From positions 1,046,312 through 1,110,311 of the forward strand of contig NIVC01000085.1 of NCBI GenBank assembly GCA_002269645.1: 64,000 nt of DNA, read 5' to 3'. Shown here one piece after another: positions 52,706 through 61,234 of this stretch (position 1 is its first letter; the number at the start of each line of letters is the position of its first letter). This DNA comes from Macrostomum lignano. Its lineage: Eukaryota. The position numbers and the translations under genes were made by a program. The notes beneath the pieces are model-generated. The model was not told the origin of the DNA and did not search any database. It saw only the letters and a program-made list of their open reading frames with translations.

Positions 52706-53074
52706 GGCGACAAGCTCGTAATCGTAAGCGATCCCAAAACTAGATGATAAATTAATTAGCTAAACAAATTATATGTGAATTGATATCATCCAATTGCCTG
52801 AAAATAACTCAGAAAAGTTGTTTTAGTCTATGATAAATGTGTCAATTCTACTTGAAATGCAATGATGAGAACATCGCACCATCCCGTTCGTAACAATCTA
52901 CCATGAGCTGCAATTTTTCACTGACAACAGCTAAAGCTGTCCATCCATGCCTGGACTCAGTCTGCTACAAATAATACCAATTGCTGTCTTTATTCTTATC
53001 GCTGCAGAAGGAGGTTAGTACAAATGTTTAATTTGCTCTTTACTTAAATGCTTTGCAAACCAATCATTTACCTT

Positions 53075-53345
53075 AGTAGTATAGAAAAAGACGCTTCTAG
53101 ACCCAGAGCACTTTTTTAATGACCGTTTTAAGGGTCTAGAGGGGGGACACGGGGGGTAAATAAAAAAACACATCTAAACACCCTTAACACATCTAATCAC
53201 CCATAATCACCCCTAACAATAAAAATCACTTCCCAACACTTCCAAACACTCCCCAACACCCCCCTCGCGTCCCCCCTCTTAAGACCTTACAAACGGCCAT
53301 TAAAATAAGGTCTGATCTGTAAGCGTCTTTTTCTATACTACTACT
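53075..53345. repeat. Terminal imperfect palindrome (~82-87-bp arms, outer 22 bp perfect)
   Basis: AGTAGTATAGAAAAAGACGCTT at 53075-53096 and its reverse complement at 53321-53342. Confidence 0.9.
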
Positions 53346-53427
53346 CTATAACCCCTTGCCCGCGCCGCAGGCGCGAAGGGTCGGAAAGAATAGAAGCTAT
53401 TTATAGTCAGCTCACCTACCCACCCAA

Positions 53428-53525
53428 CATTCCATTTAGACCAGATTTTAGACCAAATTTTTGAAAACGAAAACCAAAACGATAGTCTAGTTTTGTTTGG
53501 TCTAAAATCTGGTCTAAATGGAATG
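53428..53525. repeat. Perfect 30-bp inverted repeat with 38-nt spacer
   Basis: CATTCCATTTAGACCAGATTTTAGACCAAA at 53428-53457 and its reverse complement at 53496-53525. Confidence 0.95.
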
Positions 53526-53564
53526 CAGACAATCTTTTTTCTGTTACTAAAAATAGAACAAAAA

Positions 53565-53975
53565 ATGACACACGTTACTCATTTGCAAAATCTGAATGAA
53601 ATGCAGGTAGGAGATCCAATTGAATACCGAGGTGAGGGACTTTTTGATTTGGTTGGAACAGCAGCAAATTTTGTTAAAGACAATATGGGGCTTATAGGGC
53701 AAGCTGGCTCTGCAGCAGGCTCTATAACCAACGCCGTAAAGGGCGGAATTGATGCAGCTAGATCAGCAGAAGAACTAAAGAAATTGAGAGAATTTAACGA
53801 TACCCTCTCACAGATAAAAGCAATAAAAGATTTGAAATTAGCACAGGAAGCAACCCAAGCCGCACAACCAACAGAAACCCCCACGAAAAGCGCACCAATA
53901 AGTAATAAAGATATTCAGGATTTTAATAAAATGTTAAATACTATTAAAGGTGGAAAAGGATTAAAGAAATTTTAA
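53565..53975 (+). CDS. Viral ORF1, candidate membrane-lytic core protein (adenovirus pVI-like), 136 aa
   Basis: GEG-LFDLVGTAANFVKDNMGLIG amphipathic segment; IKGG-KGLKKF C-terminus fits the adenain consensus. Functional call is inference. Confidence 0.5.
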   Translation: MTHVTHLQNLNEMQVGDPIEYRGEGLFDLVGTAANFVKDNMGLIGQAGSAAGSITNAVKGGIDAARSAEELKKLREFNDTLSQIKAIKDLKLAQEATQAAQPTETPTKSAPISNKDIQDFNKMLNTIKGGKGLKKF

Positions 53976-53985
53976 CAATATAAAA

Positions 53986-54970
53986 ATGGACACAGATAAC
54001 GACCGCTTATATTTTATAGGAGAAATTGTAGATACTTTAGATCTAGATGATAATAAACATAGCCACACAATGTTAAAAAGATTGGATCGATTAGGTAAAA
54101 AGTTTGACTACGACATCGATACATTTAAACTCGCAGCAAAATATGCACAAGAAGGAAGGCCAATATCCTTTAAGAATCGCGGCAGAAATTATAGGTTGAC
54201 AGACTCCGATGTGAAATTTTTAATGGAGACTCACACTAAAAAGGACGGCGGATTACTACCCATTCTACCGCTTCTTTTAGGACTTGGCGCAGCTGGAGCA
54301 GTCGGTTTAGCCGGAAAAAGAATTCATGATAATGTAAAACAGCTAGGAGAGTTAAGAGCGAAACAGGGGGGAATCTTGCCCCTTGCAGCTTTGCTCCCAA
54401 TAATTTTTGCAGGAATTGGAGCAGCTGGAGGAGTTGCTGGCGGAGCAGCTGGAATTGCAAAAGCAGTAAATGACAAAAAAGCTGCGGACGAAAAAGCTAA
54501 AAGAGAGGCCGAATTTCAAAGACAGCAAATAACGCAGGACGCACAATTTAAACAGAAACTTATTGATACCATTAATAGTAGTTCAGCAACAGCAGAGCAA
54601 AAAAGAAATGCAGAAGCTAGGTTAGCAGCCGGAAAAGGTTTACTCTTGCAAGGAACAAATCACGGGAATGGTTTGGTACTAAAAGGAACAACCCAAGGAA
54701 GTGGAGTTGTAGCAGATAAACTACATGAATTTGGTCAAACTTTAGAAAAAACGGGTGAGAAGCTAAAGGATTTTTTGACAATATTGGATCCAATTTTAGA
54801 CCAGCTGTTCAGAAAATTTTTAATAAATTAGGAAAAGATTTTAACATCATTGAAAAACACGACGGAAGCGGATTATATCTCGAAATGAGACCAAAAGCAG
54901 GTTCAGGAATTTTCTTAAATTCAAATGTTATGGGAATGGATTGCTATTACCAAAAGCAGATCTCGAATAG
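53986..54970 (+). CDS. Viral ORF2, adenovirus pX-like hydrophobic core protein with GxGL(I)xL repeats; frameshifted near 54771 and 54927
   Basis: KDGG-LLPILPLLLGLGAAG and KQGG-ILPLAALLPIIFAGIGAAGG resemble the pX C-terminus GGILPLLIPLIAAAIGA; GKGLLL, GNGLVL, then GSGLYL, GSGIFL and GNGLLL in shifted frames. Confidence 0.65.
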
Positions 54971-55053
54971 GCTCCTGGGGGAGGGTCTGGACACCAAAAA
55001 CACAAAATTAAAAAATCAATAATTCAAACATTATATAAATTTTATTCTATAAA

Positions 55054-58000
55054 ATGGAAGCAATTTTAGCTCAAATCGACAACCCTGAACTTAGAGCGCA
55101 ATTAATAGCTCAAATCGATGCACAACGAATTGCCGATAGGGCTGAAATAGAAGCAAGAATTAGGGCAGAAAATGAGATACGTTTAGAAAGACAATTAAAT
55201 GATATTAATAACCCCCAACCACAAGGACAAAATGGAGCTGAAGTAATATATATAGATATAGATATAAATACAAATTATAAAGAATATTTTAAACAAATGA
55301 AAGATAAATTAAAGACCATATTAAACAATTATACTATAAGGCCAAATAACAAACGACAGCCAATTAAGTATAAAATAGAAGTTGAAACAGAATTTAAAAA
55401 ACCAAATATTCTTAATGCAAATTCAGAAATTGAAGTAATAAATAACTTTTCACAAGAATCATATAAAACATTATTATCACTGGGAAATTACAACAATCAA
55501 TTCGATCAAATAGAAGCTGAGTTTGATGAATGGATAGATAAGATGACAGAAAACGGATCTGGGTTTATATTTGTTTCATGCAATTCAGCAACAGTAAAGA
55601 TTGCACCCATAGAAATTCTTAAAGGACGATCACATATGAAGCTCAAATTTAAATCACCTATGATTATAAATCCAGACAATAAAGATAATAAATGTTTATT
55701 ATGGTGTTTATTAATTCATAAATATCACAATCAAGTAGAATCACACATTAATAAAATATATAATTATAGACAATATGAGGATGAAATAATAATGAAAAAC
55801 ATATCATACCCAGTAGCAATAGATGATATATATAAGATTGAAAAAATGAATGGTTTAAATATTAATGTGTTTACAATTGAAGAACCAAAAGATCTAGAAG
55901 AAATTTTAACCGATCGGACGGAGTCCGCGATCGATCCAGAATGGTATAAGAAAAGGTGTTATCTTGTTAAGCCAGCAACTGATATAACAGCACCAGATCA
56001 AATCGATCTTTTGTACATGCAGCGCGAAAATGAAACACATTATATATACATAAAAGATATTAGTTCTTTTTTAAGAGAAAATAGAAATAGATATCCACTA
56101 TGTAGAAATTGTTTTACATTTAAAAAGGATGAAACAGCTCTTAAAAACCACCAACGATTTTGTTTAGATCACAAATTTACTAATGCTATAATGCCAGCAT
56201 CTGAAGATGCAACCCTAATGTTCCAACAACATTATATGGCAGTTAAAAAACCAATAGTAATATATGCTGATTTTGAAGCAACAAATGTTCCCTTAAAAGA
56301 ATCACAGACGGTATCTGATGACGGTGAATGCACAAAAAAATTGGCACAACAGTTTCCGAATAGTTATTGTATATATGTACACTCTGTAGCTGATCATATA
56401 TTTAAATCAAGGATGATTACTTACCACGGTAATGATGCAGCTAAGCACATGGCAGAATCATTAGTAAATGTATTTGAATATATTCAAAATCAATATGATA
56501 AATTATCAAAAAATATTAATATGACAAATAAGGATAGAGACAATTATAAAAATGCAACAAATTGTTTTATGTGCAAAAGACATTTAAGTAAGAATAATAA
56601 GATACGAGAACATTGTCATCTAACAGGAAATTATCGAGGGGCAGCATGTAGATCATGTAATGCAAAAGAAGGAAAAGGATGTAAGGAAATACCAGTATTT
56701 TTTCATAATGGTTCCGGATATGATTTTCATTTCTTAGTTCGAGAATTGCTTCATTTAGGAAAGGATGAATATGAAATAAATATATTACCTAAAACATCAG
56801 AAAATTACATATCAATAACATATGGTAAGAAATACTCCCATCTAGTTTTTCTAGATTCCTTGAGATTCTTATCAACATCTTTAGCAAATGTTGTTTCATC
56901 ATTAGTTCCAAAACCATGGGATTTAGAAATAGTAAAGAAAAACTTTCCAATACTATTGAATCGTTTCAAAAAGGAAAAACTATCCGAGGAAGAACTAATG
57001 CTATTAACTCGTAAGGGCATCTACCCATATGAATATGTAACATCTAAGAGGTATTTTTCATACCGAATTACCCCCAATTGAAAAGTTTTATTCAACATTA
57101 TCACAAACAAACATAAGTGAATCGGATTATGAACACGCTCAAAAAGTATGGAAATACTTTAATTGTAAAACATTTAAAGATTATCATAATCTATATCTTA
57201 AAGCAGATGTTCTCCTATTAGCTGATGCATTTGAAAACTTTAGGAATCATACATATGAGAATTTTAAAATTGATCCCGCATATTGTTTCAGTGCACCGGG
57301 ATTAACATGGGCTTGTGGTTTGAAACATACAGATGTTAAGATTGATTTACTAACTGATCATGATATGTTGTTAATGATTGAGAGAGGAATTCGCGGCGGA
57401 TTCTCGGGTACTAGGAGATAGATATACTAAAGTAAATAATAAGTATCTTCCAAATTATAATAAAAAAGAAAAATCATCATATGTATTATATCTAGATGCA
57501 AACAATTTATACGGTGGTTGTATGAAACAAAAATTACCAATAGCTGATTTCCAATGGGAAGATGACCCCGATTATTACAAAAATATTCCCGAAGGAAGGG
57601 GCTGTATCGTAGAAGTGGATTTGCAATATACTCGGGAAGCAAAAGCAAAAACATATAAATATCCTTTAGCTCCAGAGCATTGTTCAGTTAATGAAGATGA
57701 TTTATCACAAACACAAAAAGATTATCTTAAAGCAGATAATGCAAAACATCTAGCAACAAAAAAATTAATATTAAATTTACATGATAAGAAAAACTATGTA
57801 GTGCATTATAAGCTTCTACAATTTTATGAAAAACAGGGATTAAAAGTGTCTAAAGTACATCGAACAATATCGTTTATTGAGGAAGATTGGTTAGCTAAAT
57901 ATATTGACTTTAATTCAAATCAGAGACAGATGTCAAAAACAAATTTTGAGAAAGATTATTGGAAATTAATGAATAATGCTTTTTATGGAAAAACGGTTGA

Positions 58001-59024
58001 AAATATTAGAGATAGAACCCAATTCCATTTAGAAAAGGATATTGATAAAGCAAAGAAATATTTCTCAAAACCTAACTTTAAAGACTTTATAAAATTTGAT
58101 GATAACTTTATGGGTATTCATATGAGAAATAAAACAACAAAATTTCTTAAACCAATATTTATTGGAATGGTTGTTTTAGATTATGCAAAGCTGGTAATGT
58201 ATGAATACTATTATGATGTTATAAATAAAACATGGCCAGATAACTATCCAATATATGCAGACACCGACAGTTTGGTATTTAAGGTTGAAACAGATGACCG
58301 GACGGAGTCCGCGAACCAAAGGTTCGATGTCTATAAAGATATGGAAAAAATTAAGGATACATTGGATACCTCCGACTATCCGGATAACCATCCTTTAAAA
58401 TCAGATCAAAATAAAAAAGTTGTACTTAAAATGAAAGATGAATTAAATAGCAAAATCATAACCGAGTTTATAGCAATAAGATCAAAATGCTATGCATTTA
58501 AGGTTTTAGGACAGGAGGGAGAGGTAAAAAAAATAAAAGGGGTATCAAGAGCAGCAGTAAAAAAGATAACATTTGATGATTATAAAAACGTACTTTTAGA
58601 TTACCTTAATACAATTGAAAATTATCATGCTCCACAATATCGATTAAATTCAGATAAGCATCAGATGTTTGTCATCGAGACAGATAAAAAAACATTAAGT
58701 CCATTTGATGATAAAAGATATTTAGATGATAAAATTAAAACATATCCATATGGTTTAAAAGAAGAGATAAAAAATATGATAAAAGATAAAAAACAAAAAG
58801 AAGATATAATAAGTAAATATAATGAATACAAAGCGGCAATAAATAATTATTATTACGATTGTGATTGTGAATCCGAATGTGATTGTGAATATAATACATT
58901 TCTAGAATATGAAAAAGATATAGATAATTATTATTCAACATTTCCAAAAGAACTTAAAAAATTAAATAAGGAAAAAGTCTTGAATAACTGGAAGAGATTA
59001 ACAGAAAAATTACTTATCGGATAA
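55054..59024 (+). CDS. polB: Protein-primed family B DNA polymerase (Polinton type), about 1320 aa, frameshifted near 57050 and 57408
   Basis: ExoI IYADFEA, ExoII HNGSGYDFHF, ExoIII YLKADVLLLADAFENFR (in the intervening frame), GIRGG, motif A YLDANNLYG, motif B KLMNNAFYGK, motif C YADTDS, C-terminal DDKRY...PYG. Confidence 0.95.
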
Positions 59025-59026
59025 AA

Positions 59027-59046
59027 TCCGCGACCCTTCGGGCGGA
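59027..59046. terminator. GC hairpin between the convergent polB and ORF 59052-59387 stops
   Basis: TCCG-CGA-CCC-TTC-GGG-CGGA flanked by A-runs; function inferred from position. Confidence 0.4.
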
Positions 59047-59051
59047 AAAAA

Positions 59052-59387
59052 CTAAAGCATGTAATTGTTTAAGCATAATATCCATTTCGATTTCATATAA
59101 TATTGAAGGCCAATTTCCTCGCAGTCGTCAGGGTAACTTAAACAATCCTTTATTTTTTTCCTAAGTTTTTTTATTTTTCTAACCAATCTATCTATTTCAA
59201 TTTCAATTACTATTTCAGCATAAACAATATCTTGTCTTAAAAAACGTTTTCTTTTATCTATCTCATATCGGATGGGAAACATATCGTCCCCATACTCATG
59301 ATATTTCTGAGATATAATTATATTTATTTTTTTATTAATATCATTAAGTTCACGCTCTTTAGTGATAAGGATTTTTATCGTATCCAT
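59052..59387 (-). CDS. Viral hypothetical protein, 111 aa (helical, Lys/Ile-rich)
   Basis: Intact ORF with TATAAGAAAATG start context. Confidence 0.6.
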   Translation of the reverse strand: MDTIKILITKERELNDINKKINIIISQKYHEYGDDMFPIRYEIDKRKRFLRQDIVYAEIVIEIEIDRLVRKIKKLRKKIKDCLSYPDDCEEIGLQYYMKSKWILCLNNYML

Positions 59388-59406
59388 TTTCTTATAAAAA
59401 ATTTAC

Positions 59407-59728
59407 TTATTCGTCATCCTCCCAAACAGCCAATTTTACAGTCCTATCACTCTTTTTATTTTTGTTTGTTTTAGTTTAAATTGCAATCCACCCTCGTTGC
59501 AGTATTTCATAACAAACGCTTTAGGTTTATTAATAACTAAAACAGGAAAATTTTTAACATCATCTCCGCTTAGACATAAAATTTTTTGCCCATCTAATTG
59601 TAAAAATATTGATTGAAGCCAATAAATTTAACCTGTCTCAAACATACAATATTATATTCTTTATTCTCCAACATATTGGGTGTGAGATAATTAATCACAT
59701 TAGAATCGGTTTTGAACCAGCTCTCCAT
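59407..59728 (-). CDS. Viral hypothetical protein, about 106 aa, one frameshift (MESWFKTDSNV...KLAVWEDDE)
   Basis: Reconstructed by adding one T in a T-run near 59605; not in the ORF track. Confidence 0.5.
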
Positions 59729-59754
59729 TTTTAATCTAAAAAAATAACAAAAAA

Positions 59755-60267
59755 ATGAAAGACATTTATGTTTGTAATAAATGTAATGTGACTATGCACA
59801 GAGGGCAAACAGCAAACGGAGATATATATCATATGTGTTATTCATGTTCTAAAATATATCAATTTGAAAAAACAAAAAAGATTGAAAACTCATATTACTA
59901 TTTTAAAAATACAATTTTAAGAAATCTTACAAGAGACATTTCTGATCCAATTTTAATTCCCGGAAATAATGTTTATTTATATAATAACTTTTTCCATTTA
60001 AATAAAGGAAAGGGATTAAGTTCGAAAGACTCCGAAAGGATTTTAATTTTAGTTGGATATTATTTCAATTTTCTTATTCGAGAGAATACAAAGTTTATAA
60101 GGATAGGTAACATACCTAACGAAATGTTATTGAAAAAGTCATTGGAATTTTTATGTATTGATAAAAAATTTAAACCTAGGATCAGAAGAGAGTTACCACT
60201 TTGGGAAGAATATATAACATATGCATTAGAAAAACTAAACAACCTGAAGTTCTACAGCACTACCTGA
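59755..60267 (+). CDS. Viral zinc-ribbon protein, 170 aa
   Basis: N-terminal CNKC...CYSC. Confidence 0.6.
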   Translation: MKDIYVCNKCNVTMHRGQTANGDIYHMCYSCSKIYQFEKTKKIENSYYYFKNTILRNLTRDISDPILIPGNNVYLYNNFFHLNKGKGLSSKDSERILILVGYYFNFLIRENTKFIRIGNIPNEMLLKKSLEFLCIDKKFKPRIRRELPLWEEYITYALEKLNNLKFYSTT

Positions 60268-60891
60268 CCGCGGGCTTTGTGCCCCAGTAGCAATAGTTTC
60301 AGGTTCGTAAATGCCTAATGTTTCTATAGGTGGAGCTTTGGGTTTGTCCAAACGTAATTCTTTTAATTCCATATCGGTAAAAGTTTCAACATCTAAAATT
60401 CTATTTCTATCTTTTAAATATTTTTCATATAATTCAACCGCGGTTGATAATTCATGAATCGTTATCTCTCCGTCATCCAATATTTTTTGCACATATAAAT
60501 ATAATTGATTTTTATATTGTTTTGCAACATCTCTTAAAGATTTATATTTTTCCTTTCTTTTTTTAAGATATAATTTAATTGCTAAAAGTATTGATAAGTT
60601 CCTGATCAATTCAAAACCTGATATTGACCCAATTGAAATACCTAAAAATAATTGAGATAAATTAAGAGTTGGAATAGATTGTAAAATACCTAAAACGATT
60701 ACACATAACATTGATAAGCTTCCAAATCCAATATTGAAAAAATCCATATTTCTTATATGGTTTGAAACTCTTCTTACTTTTTTAGTATATAAATCATAAT
60801 CATAGTTAATACGATCAACATTACTTAACATCTGACCTTTACGTTGGTTGAACCGGTCGCGTTCCCATTTATCTGCTTCAGATACCGACAT
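60235..60891 (-). CDS. Viral two-transmembrane protein, 218 aa
   Basis: Two hydrophobic segments followed by a basic stretch and KILDDGEITIHE; resembles, from recollection, a membrane protein family common in Mavericks. Confidence 0.65.
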   Translation of the reverse strand: MSVSEADKWERDRFNQRKGQMLSNVDRINYDYDLYTKKVRRVSNHIRNMDFFNIGFGSLSMLCVIVLGILQSIPTLNLSQLFLGISIGSISGFELIRNLSILLAIKLYLKKRKEKYKSLRDVAKQYKNQLYLYVQKILDDGEITIHELSTAVELYEKYLKDRNRILDVETFTDMELKELRLDKPKAPPIETLGIYEPETIATGAQSPRSGSAVELQVV

Positions 60892-60903
60892 TCTCGTCTA
60901 TTT

Positions 60904-61203
60904 TTAATAGCACCAAAATGAATTCCCCACGCTCTTTGGGTATTTGCCCGAGCTTAATAGGTATTGTATTGGAGTTATTCTTTCTTTTTTCTCCCATTTA
61001 AATCCTATTTTCCAAAACTCTTGAAGTATAATATGATTTTTTAATAACTTAATTAATTCTTGAAGCTTCTTATTATCCTGAACATTTACAGTACTAAATA
61101 AAAATTTGGTATGAGATTTGAATGTTTTTATATTTGATTCTTGTTTAGGAATAGGAATAATAACATTATTTTGCCGCATCGATGGAGTTCTACTAAAAGC
61201 CAT
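60904..61203 (-). CDS. Viral hypothetical protein, 99 aa (MAFSRTPSMR...)
   Basis: ATG at 61203 in TTCTATATAAAATG context. Confidence 0.5.
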   Translation of the reverse strand: MAFSRTPSMRQNNVIIPIPKQESNIKTFKSHTKFLFSTVNVQDNKKLQELIKLLKNHIILQEFWKIGFKWEKKERITPIQYLLSSGKYPKSVGNSFWCY

Positions 61204-61234
61204 TTTATATAGAAATATTTTATATATAAATATT

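Noticed and set aside
53075-53345. Independent 270-bp MITE inserted beside the virus
   Set aside because: No target-site duplication (TACCTT on the left versus ACTCTA or CTATAA on the right); treated as part of the viral terminus.
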